From: a virus
Virus record (IMG/VR): IMGVR_UViG_3300027852_001277
DNA: 64,000 nucleotides
Direction: 5' to 3' (one strand)
This document shows, one piece after another, positions 1 to 8,972 of the stretch (its first letter is position 1; each line of letters opens with the position of its first letter). The notes below the pieces were generated by a model. It was not told the DNA's origin. It did not search any database and worked only from the letters and a program-made list of their open reading frames with translations. A program made the position numbers and the translations under genes.

Positions 1-197
1 ACCAGAACCTCCAAATTAGTTTCCTTATAGTATATGGGATAAATGGATAAGCCCAAAAAAAAGAAGTAGAAGATTTTGACATATGTTGTATTTAAAAAAC
101 GTGGTCATACTGACTTATCAAAATAGATAGAATCTATTAATGTTGTTAGCTTTTGGTGATTCTTGATAATATAAAAAAAATTCTAATTGGAGATATC

Positions 198-437
198 ATG
201 GAAATGAGAAACGAACACTTAATCCAGGGACTACAAGAAATGTTTGTTGTTGAGCAACAAAACGCGCAGTATCATGTTTTTAATTCTACAACTGGGGATC
301 CTGAACCAAAAGCTGTTGTTGATAATAATGGTATTATATTAGTTTGGAATGATATAATTGGTTGGAGAGAGGCTGAATGTCAAGAGTGCTATAGTATAGC
401 ACTCCATACTACTTTTATTTTAGGTATAAATCAGTGA
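198..437 (+). CDS. hypothetical protein
   Basis: ORF track 153..437; ATG at 198 follows a GGAG RBS. Confidence 0.55.
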   Translation: MEMRNEHLIQGLQEMFVVEQQNAQYHVFNSTTGDPEPKAVVDNNGIILVWNDIIGWREAECQECYSIALHTTFILGINQ

Positions 438-448
438 AGGAGGTTGAC

Positions 449-718
449 ATGAGAAAAACCTTTTTGATTACAATTTTTATTTTTTTACTATCATCAGCAG
501 TTTTCGCTGGTGGTGGGTATACAGAATATGAACAAAAAATTATAATCAAACCACAACAACAAGAGCAAATGATAAATAAAGCTAACAACCCAATTGTTAT
601 TCAAATTAAAAAAGAGGGTTGGAGCAAAGAGGCTATTATTATGTTATTAAGTACAATTGGTACTTTTCTATTAGGTGGTCTGGGATTATTGTTACGAATC
701 AGAAGAAAGAATAGATAG
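449..718 (+). CDS. small secreted/membrane protein
   Basis: Signal-peptide-like N-terminus (MRKTFLITIFIFLLSSAVFA) and C-terminal hydrophobic helix; RBS AAGGAGG. Confidence 0.6.
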   Translation: MRKTFLITIFIFLLSSAVFAGGGYTEYEQKIIIKPQQQEQMINKANNPIVIQIKKEGWSKEAIIMLLSTIGTFLLGGLGLLLRIRRKNR

Positions 719-727
719 GTTAAAAAC

Positions 728-928
728 ATGAAATGTGCATTTTGTAAAAAACTAATAACAGGTTATCCTCAATATATTCTTAATCAAGAAAAAATATGTA
801 ATGTTTGTTTTAATAAAAATTTGGATGAGGTTAGAAGGGGATTTGAAACATTAGAAATATTAAAAGCTAATTTTTTGGGGGATGTAGTGTATGGAAAAAA
901 TTATAAACAAACTAGAAGAGATGTATGA
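728..928 (+). CDS. small CxxC...CxxC protein
   Basis: CAFC and CNVC pairs. Confidence 0.5.
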   Translation: MKCAFCKKLITGYPQYILNQEKICNVCFNKNLDEVRRGFETLEILKANFLGDVVYGKNYKQTRRDV

Positions 929-1721
929 ATTTTCCGAAGCTGGTGCACTTAGAATTATATTTATGGTTAAACCAAATAACAAAATGAATAGTAATATAGA
1001 TAGAATTACTGCTTATCTAGATAAACTAGAAGGTTATGATGTTGTTGACGCAAAATTAAAGGATTCTATGAAAAAACTTTGGTATGCTTTTTCTTTACCA
1101 ATTAAAAAAGGAGTAGAGTTCTTTATAAAAAACTATAAAGAGGATATAGATGATATTTTAGATAAAACTATTGAGGAATTAGCGCCAAAAATAGTAAAGC
1201 AAATAATAAATGAAGAAATTACTGAGGATCTTCACGAGTATGCAAAAAAGAATAAATTAACGATAGAACAAATACCTAAAGCCATAAAGAAGGAAATAAT
1301 AAAAAGAACTCATGATGAAAAAGAACATGAAGTTACGGAGGAATCTATTATACGTGCCGGAAGACTTGTTATTTCTAAATTAAATGTTAAGAGAATGGTA
1401 AAAGAGATTAAACATTTGATAAAAAAGCATGGATGGAAAATAGGTTTATTGGCAGGAATGATAGAAATGGTTGAGCATGTTGTAATTCCAGGTATTATAA
1501 CTGCTATAGGCTATCCTACATTAGGAATTACTTTTGCCAGTCTTCCTTGGGGAGAAACAATAATTTATCCATTGTTATTTGCCAAGTTGCTAAAAGGCGA
1601 GAAAATGCCTTCAATTTTTAAAAAGCCAAGCCAAGATGGCAATATAGATTGGTTTTGTAAACATTTTCCGGAAGAAAGATTGTGTAAGGAATCTTATACT
1701 AAATCTAATACAATTCTATAG
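891..1721 (+). CDS. hypothetical protein with C-terminal hydrophobic segments
   Basis: 276-aa ORF; no family recognised. Confidence 0.7.
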   Translation: MEKIINKLEEMYEFSEAGALRIIFMVKPNNKMNSNIDRITAYLDKLEGYDVVDAKLKDSMKKLWYAFSLPIKKGVEFFIKNYKEDIDDILDKTIEELAPKIVKQIINEEITEDLHEYAKKNKLTIEQIPKAIKKEIIKRTHDEKEHEVTEESIIRAGRLVISKLNVKRMVKEIKHLIKKHGWKIGLLAGMIEMVEHVVIPGIITAIGYPTLGITFASLPWGETIIYPLLFAKLLKGEKMPSIFKKPSQDGNIDWFCKHFPEERLCKESYTKSNTIL

Positions 1722-1769
1722 AAGAAGCTATTGTTATATTATTAAGTACAATCATTGGAGAGGAATGAG

Positions 1770-1904
1770 ATGAAGAGGATAAGGAATAAAGGTATCAAGT
1801 ACAGGATGTACCCTACTGAAAAACAAGAACAACAACTCCTTCAAGAGGTTGGTAACCAGCGGTTCTTTTGGAACACCTTTTTAGCTATACAAATAGAGAC
1901 TTAA
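1770..1904 (+). pseudogene. tnpB: N-terminal remnant of IS200/IS605-family TnpB
   Basis: Translates MKRIRNKGIKYRMYPTEKQEQQLLQEVGNQRFFWN, matching the KYRLYPTxEQ...GxxRFxWN N-terminal motif of IS605 OrfB; stops after 44 aa. Confidence 0.65.
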
Positions 1905-1980
1905 AAGGTTTCGGATGAGTTCATCTTCCAGACTTGGGATTAAAGTAATTAAAAATAACAATAATTTAAAGGGGGAAACT

Positions 1981-2265
1981 ATGATTTGTGAAACTTTGAA
2001 GGAAGGTACTAATTGCGCTTTCCAAACAAAAAATGGTTGTAGTTATGCTGACGGAAAATGTAACACTGTTGTAGATAAATGTGAAAACTGTAAACACATA
2101 AAAGTGTATCCTACTGGCAAATTTTGCAAATTTTATGCTGATCCTTCCTTTAAATGGAAAAACGGTGTATGTAATTCTGCTACGCATATTAAAATCGAAA
2201 CACCTAAAGCAAAAACAATGAATGCTCTAAAAGCTTCTAAAAGAAGGGCTGTTAGTAAGATGTAG
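1981..2265 (+). CDS. PxxKW-family cysteine-rich protein
   Basis: Eight Cys, PSFKW motif, C-terminal NALKASKRR; ATG at 1981 after AGGGGG. Confidence 0.7.
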   Translation: MICETLKEGTNCAFQTKNGCSYADGKCNTVVDKCENCKHIKVYPTGKFCKFYADPSFKWKNGVCNSATHIKIETPKAKTMNALKASKRRAVSKM

Positions 2266-2296
2266 GATTGAAAATTTATTATAAGGGGAAAAGATA

Positions 2297-2497
2297 ATGG
2301 AAACTTTTTTATTAAGAAATACTTCTAAAGATAGGAAAAAACATTTAATTGCAGTTAAAAGCTTTTTCAAAAAGAATAAACAAAAGCGTTTATGGATTTC
2401 ATGTTGTGATTGCGACTGGAATTACTGCCAATCAAGTTGTACAGGAATGCAAATCAAGTTGTACAGGAATGCAATCAAGACCAGTTCAAAAAGTTAA
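2297..2497 (+). CDS. small Cys-rich hypothetical protein, C-terminus altered by a 22-nt duplication
   Basis: ORF track; duplication at 2430-2472. Confidence 0.45.
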   Translation: METFLLRNTSKDRKKHLIAVKSFFKKNKQKRLWISCCDCDWNYCQSSCTGMQIKLYRNAIKTSSKS

Positions 2498-2558
2498 TAA
2501 ACTCTCCTGAAGGATAGTATAGCCTCTGTAAAGAGGAAGGTTATGAAAGGGTAAGAAT

Positions 2559-2999
2559 ATGGAAACATATAAAAAAGATTCAGTTGTGTTTCAAGTATGG
2601 GGAATAAGAGGTGGGGATGATAAAGAACAGTACCCTTCTGTTTTGATAGAAGAATGTTCAAACTACTCTGAAGCTTTTAACTGTTTTAAAACTACAATGG
2701 TTTCTGGTATTACTTGCGCTATCAATTTTTACTCTAAAAATACGGAAACATATAAAAAAGATTCAATTGTGTTTCAAGTATGGGGAATAAGAGGTGAAGA
2801 TGGGAAAGAACAGTATCCTTCTGTTTTGATAGAAGAGTGTACCAACTACTCTGAAGCTTTTAACTGTTTTAAAACTACAATGGTTTCTGGTATTCCTTGT
2901 GCTATTCATTTTCACTATAAAAATAGGGTTTCCATTAATGTAGACTACTATAACCCACTTTTTCAAAACCCTTTAAAAGGTGTGGAAGCAACCACCTGA
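2559..2999 (+). CDS. hypothetical protein with 61-aa internal tandem duplication
   Basis: 183-nt direct repeat starting at 2559 and 2742. Confidence 0.7.
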   Translation: METYKKDSVVFQVWGIRGGDDKEQYPSVLIEECSNYSEAFNCFKTTMVSGITCAINFYSKNTETYKKDSIVFQVWGIRGEDGKEQYPSVLIEECTNYSEAFNCFKTTMVSGIPCAIHFHYKNRVSINVDYYNPLFQNPLKGVEATT

Positions 3000-3011
3000 A
3001 AGGTAATGTAA

Positions 3012-4262
3012 ATGATAATTGTAACAGGACTAGGTAGATGCGGGACAAGTTTTTTGACTTATTTTTTGCAGCAAATAGGAATTAATGTTGGCACACATGG
3101 AACTCTTGATCCTTATATTCGAGCAGGGATGGAATGGAATAAGATGTATTCAATTATAGAACTTATGTATCGAGAGTTCCTCACATATGGCAAAATTAAT
3201 GCTGATACATACAAGGATACTGTAGCAGAAATAAATACTGAAGTTGTTAAGGATCCTAGATTAACCTGGGAACCTGAAATTTTAGAAGCATGGTATAAAC
3301 TCAAAGATTTTAAATTACTGATACTTCATCGTGAACCAATTGAAGATATTATAAAATCTAGACAAAGTTTGCCCATAAGTTATAGGGACCCAAAACGTGC
3401 AAATGATCCAAAGTTATTTAGAAACGATATTTGGAAATTTATGGCTAAAGTAGGTGAACTTGGAATAGACTTTAGAGTACTAATGTTTCCAGATTTCCTT
3501 TTTAACTACAAAGAAGTGTATGATGCTGTTACTTCTTTAGGAATAACATTTGACTTCGAAGAAGGGAATAAAAAGTGGGAAGAGATTATAGATACTGATT
3601 CTGTAACTTCTCTTAAACATAAACCAAAAGGAAATCCATCATATGTAGAATTATTCGAAAAAGTTGCTAGTTGGGAACCTTGCAGCATTCCATTCTCTTC
3701 ATTCTTTGTTTGGGATAGATGGGCTATACTTGGTGTTCTAGGTGACTATGCTTTATTTTTCGTAAAAGGTGATATTGTAGAAATAGGAATAGGAGAATCT
3801 TCTATATTTTTTACAAGGCTTGCTAAAAAGTACAATAGAAAAGCTTATCATTGTAGCGATCAAGCAAACGTTGTTGAATTATGTAAAAATATAGAAGGTT
3901 ACTTTGGGGAAAATGCTATTGTGCATAGCGGATCTTCTAATGATTTCTTTGAAACAATAGATATAAGAACTATAGCAGTTGCTTTGATAGATGTTACTGT
4001 ACATACTTACGAGCAAACCAAGAAAGATTTTGAAAATATTTTTAGCAAATTAAGTGAAAATGGAATTATATTTTTACATGATACTTACCCAATTAACGAA
4101 GATTTCTTAATTGACAATAAATGCGGCGATCTTTATAAATTAAGACAAGAACTAGAAAGAAGAGATGATGTAGATTGTTTTACATTTGTACATTCAGCTT
4201 GGGATGTTGGGTTAACAATGATTAGGAAAAAACCTAAAAATTTGAAATCTTATCAAGAATAA
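3012..4262 (+). CDS. sulfotransferase-like P-loop domain fused to class I SAM methyltransferase (Methyltransf_24-like)
   Basis: N-terminal IIVTGLGRCGTS and KDPRL motifs; C-terminal VEIGIGES, LIDV and GIIFLHD motifs. Confidence 0.65.
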   Translation: MIIVTGLGRCGTSFLTYFLQQIGINVGTHGTLDPYIRAGMEWNKMYSIIELMYREFLTYGKINADTYKDTVAEINTEVVKDPRLTWEPEILEAWYKLKDFKLLILHREPIEDIIKSRQSLPISYRDPKRANDPKLFRNDIWKFMAKVGELGIDFRVLMFPDFLFNYKEVYDAVTSLGITFDFEEGNKKWEEIIDTDSVTSLKHKPKGNPSYVELFEKVASWEPCSIPFSSFFVWDRWAILGVLGDYALFFVKGDIVEIGIGESSIFFTRLAKKYNRKAYHCSDQANVVELCKNIEGYFGENAIVHSGSSNDFFETIDIRTIAVALIDVTVHTYEQTKKDFENIFSKLSENGIIFLHDTYPINEDFLIDNKCGDLYKLRQELERRDDVDCFTFVHSAWDVGLTMIRKKPKNLKSYQE

Positions 4263-4272
4263 GGAGAATAAA

Positions 4273-4536
4273 ATGGATTCTACAATTTGTACACATACTT
4301 CATCATATTTTGAAAATTGGCCAGATGGTGGTATGGTAGAAATATGTAGTATTTGTGGTAAATCACAATACATATGGGAACAAGGTAACTCTCCGTGGAT
4401 AACAGTAAAAAACATCCAAGAAGTAAGACGTAAATTAGAACAAGAAATGAATAATTTTAAATGTAAAAGAGAACAAGAAATTAATAATTTTAAATGTAAA
4501 AGATATAAACCTGTCAAAATAGATAGTGAAATATAA
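4273..4536 (+). CDS. hypothetical protein with Zn-ribbon-like motif and 11-aa tandem repeat
   Basis: CTH...CSICG; EQE(M/I)NNFKCKR twice. Confidence 0.55.
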   Translation: MDSTICTHTSSYFENWPDGGMVEICSICGKSQYIWEQGNSPWITVKNIQEVRRKLEQEMNNFKCKREQEINNFKCKRYKPVKIDSEI

Positions 4537-4595
4537 GAAAGAATTACCAACAGATTTCCGTTTTATGAAAAAGATTACAACTAAATGGAGTCCAT

Positions 4596-4871
4596 ATGGA
4601 TAAAGAAATGAGTAAACTTAAAGACATTGCAAATTTTCTTAGTAAAGCTACTGGTAAAAGTAATGAAGTAATTTTAGGATACTTAGTAAATGAATTTAAT
4701 ACCTTCGATATTTTACCAAAACAAACTTTTTTGTATAAAGTTACAATTCTTTACCAAAAAGCTATAGAAAATAAGTTACCACTAAAACTTTTAAACAATC
4801 AGCTAGCTGCTCAGTTTAATATTTCAGTTAACTCTATAAAAAATTTCCGTTCTGCTTGGGGATTAACTTAA
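4596..4871 (+). CDS. hypothetical protein, possible C-terminal HTH
   Basis: ORF with RBS; LAAQFNISVNSIKNF resembles an HTH. Confidence 0.55.
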   Translation: MDKEMSKLKDIANFLSKATGKSNEVILGYLVNEFNTFDILPKQTFLYKVTILYQKAIENKLPLKLLNNQLAAQFNISVNSIKNFRSAWGLT

Positions 4872-5060
4872 GGTTACAAATAAAGACAATTGAATTTCCC
4901 TTTCCCTAAGATTAGTAAAGGAGGTTATGATGAAAATAATAACTAAAGTGATAGTTGTAAGTTTGTTGTTTCTATTTTGCTGTAGTTGTGAATTAGAACC
5001 AATTCCTGTAGAATCAGAAAATTGTAGCATTCTTTCATTATTTAATGAGGAGTAATTCAA

Positions 5061-5288
5061 ATGAGATTAGATGAAGTTAAGCCTGGGATAAAGGTCCGTG
5101 TAGTTTCCGATGATGGAACAATTGGCATGTTAATTTCAGAAGAGCACTTATCTCTGCGGAAAATCGGGGAGGAAGGAGTTGTAGAAACCTATGTCCCTGG
5201 CCATGGTGGGGATGTGTGGTTTGTTAGACAAAACAATGGCGTAGCTGTTTACTATTTTACTGAAATAGAGTTGTGTGAAGATCAGTAA
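5061..5288 (+). CDS. hypothetical SH3-like phage protein
   Basis: ORF with GAGGAG RBS. Confidence 0.6.
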   Translation: MRLDEVKPGIKVRVVSDDGTIGMLISEEHLSLRKIGEEGVVETYVPGHGGDVWFVRQNNGVAVYYFTEIELCEDQ

Positions 5289-5308
5289 ATATGAACTTTA
5301 ATGTCATC

Positions 5309-5484
5309 GTTAATGGGATGGGAAGTAGCTTTGACCGACAGACGCCCTGTGGGTTACGGGAGCGATTGCTTGCACATTGGAAAAGGGTCCACCATTCTCA
5401 GGAATAGAGTAAACCCACTACCTCTTTGACACCTGAGTTACTGACGCATTATTGAATGCGCAAAAGTGCACCCATCCTATTAAC
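5309..5484 (+). ncRNA. candidate structured ncRNA (~176 nt), 6S-like architecture
   Basis: 14-bp terminal stem 5309-5322/5471-5484 (one G-U); inner helix 5349-5355/5412-5418; hairpin 5445-5460; intergenic and GC-richer than flanks. Confidence 0.55.
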
Positions 5485-5549
5485 ACTACTATACTATTAA
5501 GAGGAGAAGACAGCCAAAACAATTTCTAAAATAGAAAGGAGCCAAGATA

Positions 5550-5723
5550 GTGGGAGAAGCTAAGAGACGAGGGACTTTTGAAGAACGCAAAATGGTTGCA
5601 ATAAAACGAAATGCTGAAATTGAAGGAATCACTAAAATACGAAGTATTGCCCTTTTTAAAGAACAGAAGAAAGAGCGAGATTTTAGATGGAAATCGAATT
5701 GTATCTCATCTATTAAAATGTAA
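5550..5723 (+). CDS. small protein with (M)GEAKRR N-terminus
   Basis: GTG start after AAAGGA; 57 aa; below ORF-track cutoff. Confidence 0.5.
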   Translation: MGEAKRRGTFEERKMVAIKRNAEIEGITKIRSIALFKEQKKERDFRWKSNCISSIKM

Positions 5724-5735
5724 GGAGTAATTCTA

Positions 5736-6449
5736 ATGAAATTAGAAGTAAAAGCAAATTTAAAACCAGTTTACATCGAAGCTTCCACTTTGGATGATGC
5801 TTGGCATCAAGCAGTTTTCGAGTTATTTAAACATGGTTATAAATATAAAATTGACCATGGTAGTTACGAAGGTTCATATCGTTTAGAGTTCGATTGGGCA
5901 ACAATCAGAATAAAATTTCCAGGTGTAGAGCCAACAATTCCAGTTTTCCAAGAAGGTTCTACTCTCCCACCCCCAACAACAATGGAATATGTAAGAGATT
6001 ACTTCGAGCGGTATATCATGTCCGCAAGGAAAGAAATCGGTGAACAATACACGTATGGCGAACGTTTAGTCGCTGCTCCAATTGATGGACTAGAAAGTCC
6101 GATAGATCAGATTAATACAGCCATAAAACGTTATAAGGAGTTTGGTTTTAATTCGAATCAGGTCATCCTTCAAGTCGCACAACCAAAGGATATCACGTTA
6201 GAAGATCCTTCATGTTTGCGGCACATCGATACAAGAGTTCGCTACGGAGCTCTTCATTTATTTCCCTATTTCAGATCATGGGATTTGTGGGGTGGGTTTC
6301 CAGCTAACTTAGGAGCAATTCAACTTTTGAAATCTTACATGGCTGCTGAGTTAGATGTTGAAGATGGGGAGATCATTGCATCATCAAAAGGTCTTCATCT
6401 ATATAAACACGTAGAAGAAATAGCTAAGATGAGGTTTAACATACAATAA
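5736..6449 (+). CDS. thyA: thymidylate synthase (short, archaeal-like ThyA type)
   Basis: PSC catalytic Cys, FRSWD and PAN motifs, GLHLY; Asn at the substrate-specificity position suggests dUMP. Confidence 0.85.
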   Translation: MKLEVKANLKPVYIEASTLDDAWHQAVFELFKHGYKYKIDHGSYEGSYRLEFDWATIRIKFPGVEPTIPVFQEGSTLPPPTTMEYVRDYFERYIMSARKEIGEQYTYGERLVAAPIDGLESPIDQINTAIKRYKEFGFNSNQVILQVAQPKDITLEDPSCLRHIDTRVRYGALHLFPYFRSWDLWGGFPANLGAIQLLKSYMAAELDVEDGEIIASSKGLHLYKHVEEIAKMRFNIQ

Positions 6450-6471
6450 TTATTGAAGGAGATACTACAAA

Positions 6472-6870
6472 ATGGATAGACGACAATTGAAAACTTCGTT
6501 CTTAATTGATGGAGTTGATATAACTAATCTTGATCTTTTTAAGGAGAAGCTTTGGAAGACTGGAAACAAATGTTTGCCTTTAGCAGAAATTGAGAAGAGA
6601 GTACTCCACATCAAACAACTCGTTGATGAGGAACTCGTTCATTATAAAGGTAAACTGAACGACAGGGTGCTCAGATCGGAATTAGCTAGTTCCATAAACT
6701 ACGAACTTTCGGAAATGAAAGCTAATGGGTATATCTTTTGCTATGACATTGTTTGTGATGAACCTAATAACTACTCTCCTAAAGTAATTGATAACCATAA
6801 ATTAACTGTAGACGTTATTACTATAAAACTTTGTGCAAAGATGCCGATTTATAAAATGATTATCTCTTGA
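6472..6870 (+). CDS. hypothetical protein
   Basis: ORF with GAAGGAG RBS. Confidence 0.6.
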   Translation: MDRRQLKTSFLIDGVDITNLDLFKEKLWKTGNKCLPLAEIEKRVLHIKQLVDEELVHYKGKLNDRVLRSELASSINYELSEMKANGYIFCYDIVCDEPNNYSPKVIDNHKLTVDVITIKLCAKMPIYKMIIS

Positions 6871-6895
6871 ATTGACTCGCAAAAGGAGATAAAAA

Positions 6896-8107
6896 ATGAA
6901 TGCTGAACAACAAAAGATATTAACTGAGTTGCAAGATGCTTTAACAACAAACGATACTATAAAAATTGCTGATTCAATTTCTGATTTATTACATGTAGTT
7001 TATGGCACTGATGCTTCTTGTGTAATAGATGTAGAACCAATTTACGATGATGTAAATCGTACGAATATAATCAAAGTAAAACCACGCATCGCATCACTAA
7101 TAAAACAACAACAACCTTTAGTAAAGCCTGAAATTGAGCTACAAAAACTTTCCCAAAAACAAGAAGAAACATTTCACGTGAAATGTTTTTACCATTCAGC
7201 TGATTTAGACGGTTATTGTTCAGGTGCTCTTGTTAAGTTAAAATATCCTCAATGTGAACTAATAGGTATCGATTACATGGATGAGTTTCCCTGGTCCTCT
7301 TTAACTCCTTCGGAAAAGGTCTTCATGGTTGATTTCAGTTTGCCTACCCAGGATATGTTTTCACTCGAAGCTTCAGTAGGAACTGGTAATCTAATTTGGA
7401 TAGATCATCATAAGTCTGCAATCGAGGACTTCCAAAAAACTGGGAAAATGTTACCAGGAATCCAAAAAATCGGTATCGGAGCATGTTCACTTGTTTTCGA
7501 TTACCTTTTTCCTGAAGTATCCCCAACACCTACTTTTGTGAAGCTTCTTGCTGAATACGATGTGTTCAATCATTCAGATCCTCGTACTTTGCCTTTTCAA
7601 TATGGTATGCGTAGTCACAACACAAATCCAGAAAATCAACCCTTTTGGAAAGAATTGTTATCTCTCCAAAAAGTACAACAAATCGTAGAAGATGGTAAAC
7701 CTATTCTTGCTTACAACAGCAAAAGCAACGAGCTTTACGTCAAAAGTTGTTCGTTCGAAATAGAGTTTGATGGTTTAAAATTTATCGCTGCTAACAAATT
7801 GAGAACCAACCACCAACTTTTCGATTCAGTGTGGGATGAAACAAAGTACGATGCTATGCTTTGTTTTGGTTACCAAAAAGGTCAATGGACAGTTTCGATG
7901 TATTCAACTAAACAAGATGTAGATGTTTCTTTAACAGCAAAGAAATGGGGAGGAGGAGGTCATAAGAAAGCAGCAGGATTTTCTTGCAAGGAGTTACCTT
8001 TTTCAATAAAAGCTAGTTTGGCTTATCCGAATTATGGTGATACAGAGTTACGAATTTCCAACACCGAATGCAAGCAAGTTACTAATCGAATACAAAGTTC
8101 TGATTAA
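6896..8107 (+). CDS. DHH/DHHA1 phosphoesterase with N-terminal MazG-like (NTP-PPase) fragment
   Basis: YHSADLDG, VDFS, IDHH, GGGGHKKAAGF; N-terminus ELQDAL...IADSISDLLHVVYGT. Confidence 0.85.
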   Translation: MNAEQQKILTELQDALTTNDTIKIADSISDLLHVVYGTDASCVIDVEPIYDDVNRTNIIKVKPRIASLIKQQQPLVKPEIELQKLSQKQEETFHVKCFYHSADLDGYCSGALVKLKYPQCELIGIDYMDEFPWSSLTPSEKVFMVDFSLPTQDMFSLEASVGTGNLIWIDHHKSAIEDFQKTGKMLPGIQKIGIGACSLVFDYLFPEVSPTPTFVKLLAEYDVFNHSDPRTLPFQYGMRSHNTNPENQPFWKELLSLQKVQQIVEDGKPILAYNSKSNELYVKSCSFEIEFDGLKFIAANKLRTNHQLFDSVWDETKYDAMLCFGYQKGQWTVSMYSTKQDVDVSLTAKKWGGGGHKKAAGFSCKELPFSIKASLAYPNYGDTELRISNTECKQVTNRIQSSD

Positions 8108-8170
8108 ATACAAACAAGGTTTTCCTCTCTTTTATTAGAATCAGTTTAGGAGAATAAACAACAAAACAAA

Positions 8171-8286
8171 GGCAATTTTCCGGTTTTAGGCAGTTTTAGG
8201 CAGGGCTGACGCGAGTGCCTAGAAATTCTGCCTCTATGATGGCAAAAGATGCCTCTATTACATATTCTCAGATGTTAAAAACGGGA
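8171..8286. repeat. non-coding element A, copy 1 (phased GGCA/TGCC sites)
   Basis: 28-bp identity 8181-8208 with 19151-19178; same-offset TGCCT and TAAAAACGGGA motifs. Confidence 0.8.
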
Positions 8287-8359
8287 TTAACCCTTTTAAA
8301 AAAGGGAAGGAAACAAAGAATTGGCGCCGAAGTTGTTCCAGGAACAAAGGAGGACTAAA

Positions 8360-8620
8360 ATGATTTTACAAGAATGGTTGGAAAAGGTAGAATACGAACT
8401 TCCGCTAATAAAAATTGGTGCCTTAACGACAACATCCGATACAACTTTTGTACAAATAGACGGACCACTTTCCTTCAGCGAAAACGTACCATTTTGTAAC
8501 GCATCAAGCGACTTTATCAGCCTCGTTAAAAAACGAATGATCGAACACTTTAAAACGTTATTGATATATCATGAAGGTATGGCAGAAACGATAGCGAAGT
8601 TGTTGACTGATGTTGACTGA
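8360..8620 (+). CDS. hypothetical protein
   Basis: ATG at 8360 after AGGAGG. Confidence 0.55.
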   Translation: MILQEWLEKVEYELPLIKIGALTTTSDTTFVQIDGPLSFSENVPFCNASSDFISLVKKRMIEHFKTLLIYHEGMAETIAKLLTDVD

Positions 8621-8723
8621 TAAAACTTAAGGAAAGATGTTTGGAATTCCGCAAGTGGTCAAACAAACCGCATGATTTTCAACTCTATTTCGAATTACCG
8701 TAAAGCTAGGAGGCCCAAAAGAA

Positions 8724-8972
8724 ATGTCAATGGCATACGAACTAAAAACAAACTGGAAAACAATTCTATATTTAGCCACTATTATTTTAGGATTGATTGC
8801 CCTAGTAACAGGTGAAATCTTTGCAAAAGCAATTGTATTAGGATTAGGTTTGGTTCTTTTCGGAGTTGGGACTATCGTAGGAGTAGTTGTTGAAGCTCGA
8901 TTAAAGAAAGCAGACACAGAGAAATGGGAGGAAGAAAGTTGGGAGAGTTTTAGTTTAAGTAACAAAGAGTAG
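8724..8972 (+). CDS. small membrane protein
   Basis: Two hydrophobic helices; AGGAGG RBS; degenerate copy of its 5' end near 9063-9160. Confidence 0.6.
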   Translation: MSMAYELKTNWKTILYLATIILGLIALVTGEIFAKAIVLGLGLVLFGVGTIVGVVVEARLKKADTEKWEEESWESFSLSNKE

